Assembly: GCA_963519005.1 (NCBI GenBank)
Contig: CAUQKK010000003.1
Coordinates: 42,628 to 106,627 of the forward strand
Direction: 5' to 3'
Length of the DNA stretch: 64,000 bases
DNA from: an uncultured Candidatus Saccharibacteria bacterium
Lineage (GTDB): Bacteria > Patescibacteriota > Saccharimonadia > Saccharimonadales > Saccharimonadaceae
The notes beneath the pieces are model-generated. The model was not told the origin of the DNA and made no database searches. It saw nothing but the letters and a program-made list of their open reading frames with translations. This document shows, in pieces, positions 48,256 through 57,687 of the stretch. A program made the position numbers and the translations under genes. Position 1 is the stretch's first letter. The number at the start of each line of letters is the position of its first letter.

Positions 48256-48327
48256 ATAAGCTCCTTATTAACAAATAGAATACAGCTATTCTATCTCATC
48301 AGTGCTCTGTATGTCAAACGTCTATCA

Positions 48328-48981
48328 CTACAGCAACACCACCCGCTCTCTCGCCCACTCTAGTGCGGCGAGGCTGCGCTGGCGAGCTGCTATGTGCTCG
48401 GGCGAGGGTTGGTCGCTCCCCCACCACTGATTCCAGGCCCAATCGATGGGATTAAGACACTCGAGGTGGTCGGTATGGTGCAGCTTACCATTGATAAAGA
48501 CATCATTGCGCTGGGTGTAGAGATGAGCATAGCCACACCGCTGGAGGGCGCGCAGGCTCGCAATATTGCCCTGCACCACGGCTGATTTGATGCAGTGCAG
48601 CCCTAGATTTTCAAAGGCGTACCATGTGCGAGCATGGTGGCTGGCACTAGCAACGCCTTTGCCCCAGTAATTCTTATCCACAATAATGATGCCGCTTGTG
48701 GCAGTGTGGACGTGCTTTCTCGTAATATTCACCAGTGATGTACCGCCAATTAGCCGCCGTGTTTCGCCATCCTTAGCCCAGATACCCCAGACGATACTCT
48801 CTTTATCTGCGATTGTTTTGTCATACCACGCTTGCTCGGTCTCGAGCGTCTGTGCCCGATGCTCGGCAAAATACTGTGTAATCGTCCCGCGCGCAAACCC
48901 CTCCACAAACGGCCTCAGTTCATCCCGTGCAAACGGCGCAAGCTCCAGCTCGAGCCCCTGCTTTGTCGTGACTGTCATCAT
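48328..48981 (-). CDS. GNAT acetyltransferase (RimJ/RimL-like)
   Basis: YWGKGVAS, AFENLGLHCI, NIASLRALQRCGY. Confidence 0.88.
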   Translation of the reverse strand: MMTVTTKQGLELELAPFARDELRPFVEGFARGTITQYFAEHRAQTLETEQAWYDKTIADKESIVWGIWAKDGETRRLIGGTSLVNITRKHVHTATSGIIIVDKNYWGKGVASASHHARTWYAFENLGLHCIKSAVVQGNIASLRALQRCGYAHLYTQRNDVFINGKLHHTDHLECLNPIDWAWNQWWGSDQPSPEHIAARQRSLAALEWARERVVLL

Positions 48982-49083
48982 TGGGCCAAATGCTATGGTA
49001 TGCTCCTTTCGTGATGGTTTTTTCTAGTATAACATTGGTGGGAGAATAATACACAAGGCGAAGGGCCACCCTCATCAGATACC

Positions 49084-49785
49084 CTAAGGGCGAGAGAATA
49101 TGTTCATCATGCGCTTAACTCCACCACGGACAACGTCAAGCGTCGTAGGCGCGGCATTCTTCTTGGAGCGCTCAACAAGTCTCTTGACAACGTCTATATC
49201 CTCCGCCTGAGCATACTCGCCAGGGTCGCTGCTCGGCTTGGTATGTGTACGCTGCATATATCGTACGGACGATTCATCTTCATCAACCGCATACTGTGCA
49301 CTCCCAAGATTGACATATTGGACAAATTCGTCCTGGTCATTACCGTGGAAACCAACACCCATCATACGACATCGAATAGACACACCCTTTTCTCGCTGTG
49401 TCTGCCCGTTCTGTGTTGCCATGTGCTCATATAGCTCTACACTCACGTGCGTCGAACCATCGAAGGTTTCAAAAGATCTAAGACTACCCTCATATTGGCG
49501 GCAATATCTCGCCCGCTCTGCCTCTGCCGCCTTGAGCAACTCACGCATCCGTGGTGAATCTGTAGCATCAGCCACCTTCGCCACATCTTCAAGTGTCAGA
49601 TCTCCGTATGCTACACACCGCAGCTGTTTATTTAAGCCATTATCAAGCAGAGGTGTGTCCTCAAGATGTTGATCTATCAATTTACCAAGATCAGCTGCTA
49701 CCTTCTTCTCCTGATCTATTTGTCCCAGCATAGCTTCGAGAGTAGCAACCCCACCACTACCTGCCTCATGTCTTGCTTTGTACAT
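49084..49785 (-). CDS. Hypothetical protein
   Basis: AAAGGAG SD before MYKARHE; TTGACA upstream. Confidence 0.75.
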   Translation of the reverse strand: MYKARHEAGSGGVATLEAMLGQIDQEKKVAADLGKLIDQHLEDTPLLDNGLNKQLRCVAYGDLTLEDVAKVADATDSPRMRELLKAAEAERARYCRQYEGSLRSFETFDGSTHVSVELYEHMATQNGQTQREKGVSIRCRMMGVGFHGNDQDEFVQYVNLGSAQYAVDEDESSVRYMQRTHTKPSSDPGEYAQAEDIDVVKRLVERSKKNAAPTTLDVVRGGVKRMMNIFSRP

Positions 49786-49881
49786 ACTAAACTCCTTTTT
49801 GTTTATGGTGTAATGTATTGTACGGTACATCTTGATCTCATATTTGTCAAGTGTAGTATATTTGCGCTACTATCTCACCAC

Positions 49882-49914
49882 CAAAAAACCTCCCCAACAA
49901 AATGGGGAGGTTTG
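49882..49914 (-). terminator. Terminator of rpsO
   Basis: CAAAAAACCTCCCCA..TGGGGAGGTTTG. Confidence 0.75.
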
Positions 49915-49931
49915 CTTCTCATAGCGAGCGC

Positions 49932-50198
49932 TTATTTGCGCAGACCGAGGGTTTCGAGCGTTGCTTTGTAGGCATCAAAGTTCGTCCGCTCAAGGTAGCG
50001 GAGCAGCCGCTTGCGCCGACCGACCATTTGCTTGAGGCCACGACGAGCCATGTTGTCGTGCTTGTTGGACTTAAGGTGTTCTGTCACCTCTTTGATACGA
50101 GCCGTCAAGATAGACACCTGCGCCTGTGGGCTGCCGACGTCGTTCTTGCTGACCTGAGTCAAAGCAATCGCTTTCGCTTTGTTATCCTTAGTAATCAT
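49932..50198 (-). CDS. rpsO: 30S ribosomal protein S15
   Basis: DVGSPQAQVSILT, HLKSNKHD, RRGL..MVGRRKRLLRYL. Confidence 0.97.
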   Translation of the reverse strand: MITKDNKAKAIALTQVSKNDVGSPQAQVSILTARIKEVTEHLKSNKHDNMARRGLKQMVGRRKRLLRYLERTNFDAYKATLETLGLRK

Positions 50199-50251
50199 AC
50201 TGGTGTATTGTAGCAGGGGGGCGGCGCGGTGTCAATGTAGACATGTAGACG

Positions 50252-51016
50252 CTAGCGACAAAGCGCCTGGTGTGCCTGGTCAATCGAAGCAACCTGCGCG
50301 GCAGCATCTTCTCCTATATAACCAAGCCGCGAAAGTTTCTGCATAAATTGCTTCTCGTCATCCTCTCTCACCAAGCGCCGCGCATGGTTATACGTTTCAT
50401 AGAACGCCGTCTTCACCGCTGGATGCTCCTGAGCAAGTGACCTCAGTTCTTTTCGCGCATCATCTGTCATCGTTAGATGCTTCTTAAATAACGTGCTATA
50501 CAGTCCTCGGACGAGCTCAACCTCGGGAAACACCGCTCCAGCACGAAGCAATGCTGGCGTCGTTCCATGGTACACATCTACAAAGCCGATGCTCTCTATA
50601 TCTTCTTCCAACTCCAGTGTTGCTACATCGACCGTTGGAGCACGCAAACGAGCACGAAAGTTGTTTGGATCTTCCGTATTACGCAACCCATGCTGGCGAA
50701 GAAATGCCTCCCAAAATTCGTCCTCGTCCTTATATGGTGAAGTGCGATTCATCGCACTATCCGCTGCCGGCCATCCCCAGTGTGCATTCACCTCATCTAT
50801 TGCCACTTCGTCTGCACCTGGGCGCTGCTTAGCCTCCGCGAGCGTAAGTGGTTGCACACTGCTTACCAGAGGCTCGTGGCCCTGTAGCTGCTCGTCGATT
50901 GCTGCAGCAATAGCTCGCAGCTCTTCACCAAGTCGTTCTTGCTCGGCTGCTTGTTGCTCAGGCGTCATACCGCCAATTATTCTTACCTTGTCGGGATTTA
51001 TCTCGTTATTTGCCAT
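50252..51016 (-). CDS. Hypothetical acidic protein
   Basis: 254-aa ORF; TTGACT-17-CATACT promoter 6 nt before the ATG. Confidence 0.78.
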   Translation of the reverse strand: MANNEINPDKVRIIGGMTPEQQAAEQERLGEELRAIAAAIDEQLQGHEPLVSSVQPLTLAEAKQRPGADEVAIDEVNAHWGWPAADSAMNRTSPYKDEDEFWEAFLRQHGLRNTEDPNNFRARLRAPTVDVATLELEEDIESIGFVDVYHGTTPALLRAGAVFPEVELVRGLYSTLFKKHLTMTDDARKELRSLAQEHPAVKTAFYETYNHARRLVREDDEKQFMQKLSRLGYIGEDAAAQVASIDQAHQALCR

Positions 51017-51064
51017 ATATCAAGTATGGCAGTACTAGGACAATGAGTCAAATCGAGGGGTTTG

Positions 51065-51763
51065 TTACCACCCCACCCGCACGCCATACCGCACCACCTG
51101 CCCCGGTACCAGCGTTGCAGCGTGAGCTGGGTTATCGGCGAAGGAATTGCCGCTGTGCGTTGGCTCAACACAGAGGTACGGGCCCAGCCTATCTGTCCAA
51201 ACCGCCCAGCGAGGCAATCCCTCACTCTGCAGCGTAATGGTGCGCAGGCCCGTCGCTAGCTGGTGCGTAGGCCCATCAACAAAGATCGTATCGGCGAGCG
51301 GCGCAAGGTCGGTGAGCGACTGGCCATCCAGCACGAGCGCGCCATCATACACAAAATATGGATGGAAGGCCGGCGCCACAAGGAGCTCCTCCTCGCCAAC
51401 ATTCACCAGTGTGAGCTGCATTGCAAGCTGGTGCTCCGCCACTGTATACGCCAAGTGAGACTCCAGCCCAGCATAAGCATCACTCCCCTGCAGCATGAGC
51501 TCCACTCGGTCGCTGGTGTGCTCTACCACCTGCCACTGGCTGGTGCGGCCAAAGCCATGCTGTGCCAAGCCACTCGCTCCGCCCGGGCCAAAGTTGGGCA
51601 AACAGACATGGCAGCCACCGCGCGTTTTGCGCTCGCTATCAGAGGTCGTGAGCTGCTGCAGTGGGTAGAATACATCCCCATACTCATCAATCAGGCTGGT
51701 GATATACGCACCATCTGTCGTGATAGTTGCGGTGGTAGTGCCAGTGTATAGCGTGATGTTCAT
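51065..51763 (-). CDS. Aldose 1-epimerase / galactose mutarotase-like protein
   Basis: RGGCHVCLPNFG, HGFGR, FHPYF, YLCVEP. Confidence 0.88.
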   Translation of the reverse strand: MNITLYTGTTTATITTDGAYITSLIDEYGDVFYPLQQLTTSDSERKTRGGCHVCLPNFGPGGASGLAQHGFGRTSQWQVVEHTSDRVELMLQGSDAYAGLESHLAYTVAEHQLAMQLTLVNVGEEELLVAPAFHPYFVYDGALVLDGQSLTDLAPLADTIFVDGPTHQLATGLRTITLQSEGLPRWAVWTDRLGPYLCVEPTHSGNSFADNPAHAATLVPGQVVRYGVRVGW

Positions 51764-51797
51764 CGGTATTCCTCGCTTCTTTATTTATTGTGTATGG

Positions 51798-52502
51798 CTA
51801 ATCGACAATCCCAAAATCCTGCAGCCGCTGCGCCTCTGCTACTAACCAATCAGCAATCGCCGTACGCCGCAGCACCGCGCAGTACGCCCCCGTCCCAAGC
51901 TGCATGCCAATATCTACCGCTAGGCTACGAATGTACGTACCACTACTCACCCGCGTGCGAATGACGAGCCGCGGATACTGATACTCCAGCACCTCCAGCG
52001 AGTGAATCGTAACGGTGCGCTCTGGCAACTCCACTTCTTTACCATCACGCGCGAGCTTATAGGCCCGCTGGCCATTGATCTTGATGGCACTAAAGATCGG
52101 TGGCCGCTGGCGAATCTGGCCAGTAAAGCGCTGCAGTACTGCATCGAGCTGCTGACGTGATGGCGGTGTGATGGGCATCTCGGCATCTTCTGGCACATAA
52201 GGCATTATCTCCCCTTCTGGGTCGCCTGTGGTGCTGGTTTGGCCCAGGATAATCGTCGCTTCGTACGTCTTGTCGAGCTTGGTGTAGCGCATGGCATTGC
52301 GGCACTCCGTGCCCGTCACCAGGAGCAAAAGGCCCGTTGCAAAGGGGTCGAGCGTACCACAGTGCCCCACCTTCACCTTCTTGCCAGCCTGCTGGCTCAG
52401 CACCCGCCGCACCCGCGCCACCACCCCAAAGCTCGTCATACCAGCTGGCTTGTCGATATGGAGAATGCGATCGTATGATGAATCAGATGTTTGGTGCGTC
52501 AT
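51798..52502 (-). CDS. truB: tRNA pseudouridine-55 synthase TruB
   Basis: DKPAGMTSF, KVGHCGTLDPFATG, SAIKINGQRAY, SSGTYIRSL. Confidence 0.96.
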   Translation of the reverse strand: MTHQTSDSSYDRILHIDKPAGMTSFGVVARVRRVLSQQAGKKVKVGHCGTLDPFATGLLLLVTGTECRNAMRYTKLDKTYEATIILGQTSTTGDPEGEIMPYVPEDAEMPITPPSRQQLDAVLQRFTGQIRQRPPIFSAIKINGQRAYKLARDGKEVELPERTVTIHSLEVLEYQYPRLVIRTRVSSGTYIRSLAVDIGMQLGTGAYCAVLRRTAIADWLVAEAQRLQDFGIVD

Positions 52503-52586
52503 GTGGTTAGTATAGCATGACGGAGCAAAAAACCAGCCGTGGTAGCTGGTTCTCTGGGTGTTTTTACATTGCTAGAGTGGCAACCC

Positions 52587-54131
52587 CTACTTCTCCGGTA
52601 CGTGGAATTGCGATGGGTTGGCTTGGTCTTTCTTGGCCTTAGCCTCAGATTGGAGCGCAGCATCAAGCTGGGCCATGGGGTTATCGGCATCGGGGCCAGG
52701 CAGCGGTGGCACACCTGGTGGCAATGGTGGCAAGCTAGAGAAATCTGGCATTGGTGGCAATGGTGGCAAAGCCGGCCCTTCGGCGTCGTCGACTGGCGCG
52801 GCACGGTGCTTAGCATCAAGGTCGGCCAGGGTTTCTTTGCCCGTTGGCGGCGGAAGAATGTCGTCGTTGTGAGCCATCGGCACACGCGGCATGTCATTCA
52901 CATTCGGGACGGTTGGCTCGTGATCAAGTGCTGCCGTGGCAGCATTGAGCGGCGCTTGGCTACCTGGTGTGTCGTCACTGTCGAGGTAGCGCCCACCCTT
53001 ATGCGAGAGGATGGTCTTGTTGCGGCCATTCTCGCGCTCGCGGCGCTTGTCATCGGCTGCTTGCTTGGTGGTAGCATTAAGCGTACCACCCAGGCTCGGC
53101 TCGCTCAGCGGCGTCTCAATGGGCTGGCGCCATGGCTCGGCGCTACTATTGCGCCCCGATGAGCGCCGTGGGGCTGGCACGGGCTCGGGTTGTGGATTAT
53201 TCTTGGCTAGTTGCTGGGCTAGCTCAGCTTCGTCGGCGTCGGTCTGGCTTAACTTTTTTTTTCCAGCCTCAGCGTTGTGTGAGATAACGAGTGACTTGTC
53301 TTTGTTATTTGCCTGAGCAGGCTTCTTGCTGGCAGGCTTAGCAGGCATTGGGCCTGCAGCCAGCTGCTTGGCCTCGGCGAGCTTGGCCGCAATCAGCTGC
53401 TGGTCACCGCCAGCACTCATCAGTTGTGCGGCGAGGGTCATAACGCGCGAGGTAGTCTTTTCGTTGCTAAAGCGTTCGGTGGCCGCTACAATACCGGTCA
53501 AAAAGGCCGTGGCAATATGCTTGTCCAAAAGCGGCTGCTCATCATCCGTATTATCAAAGCCCTGAGCGAGGCTTGCCGCGAGCTCACTATAGCTGCTGGC
53601 CTGAGGATCCGTCCAGACGATATTGCCCAGCGTACCTGGCGCATCAATATGCAGCGCTGCCACTGGTGACTCGCGCAGAATACGGCCATGCCCTTTGAGC
53701 GCTGGGTCGAGGTCATCCTCGCTGCGCACACCGATCGTCACAACAAACTGCACATTGTAATCGCCCTGGCTAAATTCCAAATCACTCTGGCTAATCGTCG
53801 CGCGATACGGCGTGATGAAAATCTTAACAAGGTCGCCATCGAGCTTGTAGCGCAAATGGTCGGCCTTTTCCTTATCAAGGGCAATGATGAAATCTCGCAG
53901 ACTATCCACCGTGCTCTCAAAGGTACGCTCTGGCTCAAGGAAGCCCACTGCCGTTGGCACATCCCCACTAAAGACGGCTGTGGCGTGCTTGTCGAGCTTG
54001 TTGAGCAAAAGCGTCAACCCCAGTGCTGCACTCAGCTCATCTACCGTGGGGTGGGCGTTGACCGCCACCAAAATATTATTACTCTCACCTAGTTTGTCGA
54101 TGATTTGTTGCCGCACCTTTATCTCGTCCAT
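52587..54131 (-). CDS. DHH-family phosphoesterase-like protein with degenerate motifs and a long Pro-rich tail
   Basis: HPTVDELSAALGL, ASSYSE, IATAFLTGIVAATERF; adjacent to truB. Confidence 0.75.
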   Translation of the reverse strand: MDEIKVRQQIIDKLGESNNILVAVNAHPTVDELSAALGLTLLLNKLDKHATAVFSGDVPTAVGFLEPERTFESTVDSLRDFIIALDKEKADHLRYKLDGDLVKIFITPYRATISQSDLEFSQGDYNVQFVVTIGVRSEDDLDPALKGHGRILRESPVAALHIDAPGTLGNIVWTDPQASSYSELAASLAQGFDNTDDEQPLLDKHIATAFLTGIVAATERFSNEKTTSRVMTLAAQLMSAGGDQQLIAAKLAEAKQLAAGPMPAKPASKKPAQANNKDKSLVISHNAEAGKKKLSQTDADEAELAQQLAKNNPQPEPVPAPRRSSGRNSSAEPWRQPIETPLSEPSLGGTLNATTKQAADDKRRERENGRNKTILSHKGGRYLDSDDTPGSQAPLNAATAALDHEPTVPNVNDMPRVPMAHNDDILPPPTGKETLADLDAKHRAAPVDDAEGPALPPLPPMPDFSSLPPLPPGVPPLPGPDADNPMAQLDAALQSEAKAKKDQANPSQFHVPEK

Positions 54132-54318
54132 AACTCCTACTTTTGCCTTACCCAAAACTCCATCTATCCTACCATAAGTAATTTCGTTTCGTCAATGGCA
54201 AGTCACAATTAACAGAGGTAGTCATGCGAAGTATAGCACCTTTCTTTATGCAAGAATCCTCAAAATGTGTGATCCTTATATCTCACACTATTTCATAACA
54301 GTTACCCTAGCCTACATA

Positions 54319-54347
54319 CAAAAACACCTCTCCCTCGAGGTGTTTTG
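54319..54347 (-). terminator. Terminator of rpsT (AAAACACC-arm family)
   Basis: CAAAAACACCTC..GAGGTGTTTTG. Confidence 0.75.
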
Positions 54348-54369
54348 GTATATGCTCGTGCCTATTGCC

Positions 54370-54624
54370 TTACGCAAGCTTGACGCCAGCAGCCTTGGCA
54401 GCCTTGGCGAGCGATGCCTTGCGACGGCTCGCGGTGTTTTTCTTGAGCAAACCCTTCTTGACGGCTTTGTCAAGCTCGCTCTGGGCCTGGCTCAGGGCAG
54501 CAGCGCTTGGCTCAGCAGCAAAGGCCTTGGTGCTAGCCTTGATGGCGCGCTTGGTAGCAATGTTGCGCTGGCGGCGAGTAGCCGTTTGCTTCATGCGTTT
54601 GACAGCTGATTTGATGATGGGCAT
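54370..54624 (-). CDS. rpsT: 30S ribosomal protein S20
   Basis: MPIIKSAVKR, LDKAVKKGLLKKNTASRRKASL. Confidence 0.96.
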   Translation of the reverse strand: MPIIKSAVKRMKQTATRRQRNIATKRAIKASTKAFAAEPSAAALSQAQSELDKAVKKGLLKKNTASRRKASLAKAAKAAGVKLA

Positions 54625-54723
54625 TAATTTCCTCTATCGCTTGTTATTATGGGTTAGTACTACAATCAAGCGCTCATTATAAGGCATGGCGCAGGATTTG
54701 TAAAGAGCCGAGCCACCTCAGGG

Positions 54724-55245
54724 TTACTGGCGCTCGCTCTTTTGCGGCCGCAGCAGCACATACCACAAGTAGAGCGAACCGGCGATGGTGAGCACAAGCC
54801 CAAATGTCCATGGTACAGGCCCATCAAGGAATGTGTTGTACGGCACACCGGTATGGAGAATGTGGTGGAAGAGCGTGTACTTTACTATGTCGGCAACAGG
54901 ATAAGCAAAGATGGCGACGATGGCAATCCCCTGCTTTCCTTTGCTCCGGATGTCTCGGGAGCGAAGCGCTGTATAGGCAAGATAAATAGCTTGAATTGCA
55001 AGATTAATACCGAAGATAAACAAGATATTCGGCACCGTCATATCAGGTGCCAATCCGGTTGGCCGGCCGCCACTTGATGTAACAACCGTATGTGCACGCC
55101 ACCCAATAAAGACATTGAGAAACGCCTGGCAAGCCAGTGCAAGGCTCGCAATGAGCAGGCATGCGCGCACACCATACTGCCGCCTCGGCGAATGTTGCTG
55201 TGTGTGCACCGTCTGGGTAGTAACTGTTGTCTGTACTGTAGCCAT
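54724..55245 (-). CDS. Hypothetical four-TM membrane protein
   Basis: AAGGAGG SD before MATVQ; four hydrophobic segments. Confidence 0.75.
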   Translation of the reverse strand: MATVQTTVTTQTVHTQQHSPRRQYGVRACLLIASLALACQAFLNVFIGWRAHTVVTSSGGRPTGLAPDMTVPNILFIFGINLAIQAIYLAYTALRSRDIRSKGKQGIAIVAIFAYPVADIVKYTLFHHILHTGVPYNTFLDGPVPWTFGLVLTIAGSLYLWYVLLRPQKSERQ

Positions 55246-55331
55246 ATACACCTCCTTGGCATTGCAGTGGTGTTTGTATGGTGATATTATACCACGTTCC
55301 AACACTCACACGTCTACCTAGGCCGCCCACA

Positions 55332-56273
55332 CTACCGCCCCGCCACCGCAAATAAAAAGCTCTCCACTGCATCCCACGGTGGTATGCCCGTTGTCTTCAT
55401 GTCGGCATCAAGCTGAGCGGCCCGCTGGGTGAGGGTGCGGATATCAGCTGGCACGACCTGTGTGGTGAGTGGCTTGGTTTTTTTGACGACGTAGGGATGG
55501 AGCGAGAGCTCGCGCGCAATCTCTGCCTCCCCTGCCTCGCCATAGCATGCAATCGCCGCCAGCTGAGTCCACTGCGCCCAAATAAGCGCCGCAATTTGGT
55601 ATGGATCATGACTCAGGCGCAGCTCATCTAAGGCAGCTCGCAAGGCTGGACCTCGACGCTCTACTGCGAGGGTTACAACATCAAAGACTGAGAACTCACG
55701 GGCCGGTGGTAACACGGTGGCAATTGCATCATCGGTAATAGTCTCGAGCTGAGCCAATGCGTCAATAGCGTGCGCCAGCTGCAGCTGGTCGATCGACCCA
55801 CCGTATCCCTTTTCATCCGGCACCAGAGCTCGCTCTACCATGCTGCGCAGCTGCGCTGAGCTCAGCGACACGCCGCGTCTATTAGCTAGCTGGCGCAGCC
55901 ACCGCTCGGCGGCAGGGCGCTGCCGGTCGGTCAGTGGGTCAGCAGCGATGATAGTCGCGGTTTTGTGCAGTGCTTTATACGTTTTAGTGCGCTTATCTAG
56001 CCCTGGCTCTACCAGCACAAGCGTCGTCTCGTCAGGAACATCATGTGCCCACTGGCCAAGCTGCTCCCAGAGGTCTGGGCGCTCAGACAGGCGTCGCAGC
56101 ACAATGAGCCGCTGCGCCGCAAAGAGCGACACGCCGCGTACCAACTCAGCCAAACCCGCGACATCAAGCTGCTGAGTATCGATGTGTTCTGCTGGCACTG
56201 GCGCGTGCTGAGTGATCTTCGCCAGCTCTTGCTCTGCTACGTAGCTATTCTTCCCCACGATGAGATAAAGCAT
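55332..56273 (-). CDS. holA: DNA polymerase III delta subunit
   Basis: LYLIVG, SLFAAQRLIVL, LDKRTK, LHPYVVKK, LDADMKT; upstream of rpsT. Confidence 0.88.
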   Translation of the reverse strand: MLYLIVGKNSYVAEQELAKITQHAPVPAEHIDTQQLDVAGLAELVRGVSLFAAQRLIVLRRLSERPDLWEQLGQWAHDVPDETTLVLVEPGLDKRTKTYKALHKTATIIAADPLTDRQRPAAERWLRQLANRRGVSLSSAQLRSMVERALVPDEKGYGGSIDQLQLAHAIDALAQLETITDDAIATVLPPAREFSVFDVVTLAVERRGPALRAALDELRLSHDPYQIAALIWAQWTQLAAIACYGEAGEAEIARELSLHPYVVKKTKPLTTQVVPADIRTLTQRAAQLDADMKTTGIPPWDAVESFLFAVAGR

Positions 56274-56276
56274 CGG

Positions 56277-57158
56277 CTACTCCCCCACTTTCACCTGGCA
56301 CACTGGGCAAATATGCGTCCCGCGGCCTGCCACGCGAATCTTCATAATCTCTACGTCAGGGTGGCGCGGGCAGGGCTGCCCCTCACGCCGAAACACCTGC
56401 GCAAAGGCCAGGTAGCTCCCCTTCTTACCTTCAGCATCGACGTAATTGCGGTCGGTGCTGCCACCCTTATCAATACTCAGCTGCAGCACCTGCCGAATAT
56501 GGGCAAAGAGCGCGGCAAGCTGCTCATCATCCACCATACGTACCCGCGTGGCGGGGTGGAGTTGCGTCATCCATAGCGATTCATCGGCATAGATATTCCC
56601 CACGCCAGCGATGGTGGTTTGGTCGAGGATGGCCGCCTTGATGGTCGTGCCATTGCGCCGGCGAATGTGCGTGATAAACTGCGCTGCCGTAGTATGCGGA
56701 TCGAGCGGCTCGGGCCCGACTTTTTGCATAAAGGGCAGCTGCGCCACCTCTGGTGTGGGGTAGAGCTTCATCCAGCCAAATTTGCGCAGGTCATTAAAGT
56801 ACAAATGCGCGCCATCCGCAAAGGTCAGTGCTACCCGCGTCAAGCGGTCGGGTAGCTCGTGGAGAAAGCTATCGTTTGGGTGGCCGCCACCCCAGCGCTC
56901 CTCACCAACAAAGAGCAGCTGGCCCGTCATCTTGAGGTGCACCACCAGCGTGTAGTTGGTGCTCAGGCGAATCAGCAGCACCTTAGCGCGGCGCTCTACC
57001 GCCGTGATGGTCGCACCGTGCAGGAAGTGCGCCACCGCCATAGGGTCGTTGGGGAAGCTCTTGGGCGAGTCGTACACCGTGCTTGCCACAACCTGCTTCC
57101 CCACCACCAAGCGAGCTAAGCTCGTACGAATCGTCTCAACTTCAGGGAGCTCAGGCAT
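56277..57158 (-). CDS. mutM: Formamidopyrimidine-DNA glycosylase
   Basis: PELPEVE N-terminus, RRAK, HLKMTG, DLRKFG, GVGNIYADE, C-terminal zinc finger. Confidence 0.96.
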   Translation of the reverse strand: MPELPEVETIRTSLARLVVGKQVVASTVYDSPKSFPNDPMAVAHFLHGATITAVERRAKVLLIRLSTNYTLVVHLKMTGQLLFVGEERWGGGHPNDSFLHELPDRLTRVALTFADGAHLYFNDLRKFGWMKLYPTPEVAQLPFMQKVGPEPLDPHTTAAQFITHIRRRNGTTIKAAILDQTTIAGVGNIYADESLWMTQLHPATRVRMVDDEQLAALFAHIRQVLQLSIDKGGSTDRNYVDAEGKKGSYLAFAQVFRREGQPCPRHPDVEIMKIRVAGRGTHICPVCQVKVGE

Positions 57159-57687
57159 GGGCATACTCCATCGCCCAGACGATAGCCACAAAAAGCGAAA
57201 AATAAACCGCCTGCCCCACCAGCATAATATAGCGATGCCACGGCTTGGCAAAGAAGTAGCAGCCAAGAACAATAGCCTGGCACACCATAGCGCCACTCGT
57301 CACCACCCGCACCACTGAGTGAGCATCGCTCAGCAGGACAAGCATCTCAATGATCGTTATAACTGGTATGCAGCCCCAGGCTGCAATGTTGTGGATCAGC
57401 GTGCGCCGCTGGCTCACGCCAAATGGCACCAATCCCATCACACAAAAATTAAGACTCACAACAAGAAGGAGGAGCTGCATCGCAAATGGCAATGCCGACT
57501 GTACAGCCCACAGCGCAAGGCTCAGGCCAGTCAGTGGCAAAAGAATCTTGCCCGCAATGACCGTCTTCGTCCGCTGCTCAATATGCATACTGAGCGTCTT
57601 GCCAAGCTGCGGCGGCACCATCCATAGTGTGTAGACAAGCAGCACAAGCAAACAACCGGCCATTATCCCAAGCCACACGGGTGTCAT
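57151..57687 (-). CDS. Hypothetical multi-pass membrane protein
   Basis: Several TM segments; overlaps both neighbours, suggesting translational coupling. Confidence 0.75.
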   Translation of the reverse strand: MTPVWLGIMAGCLLVLLVYTLWMVPPQLGKTLSMHIEQRTKTVIAGKILLPLTGLSLALWAVQSALPFAMQLLLLVVSLNFCVMGLVPFGVSQRRTLIHNIAAWGCIPVITIIEMLVLLSDAHSVVRVVTSGAMVCQAIVLGCYFFAKPWHRYIMLVGQAVYFSLFVAIVWAMEYAHA

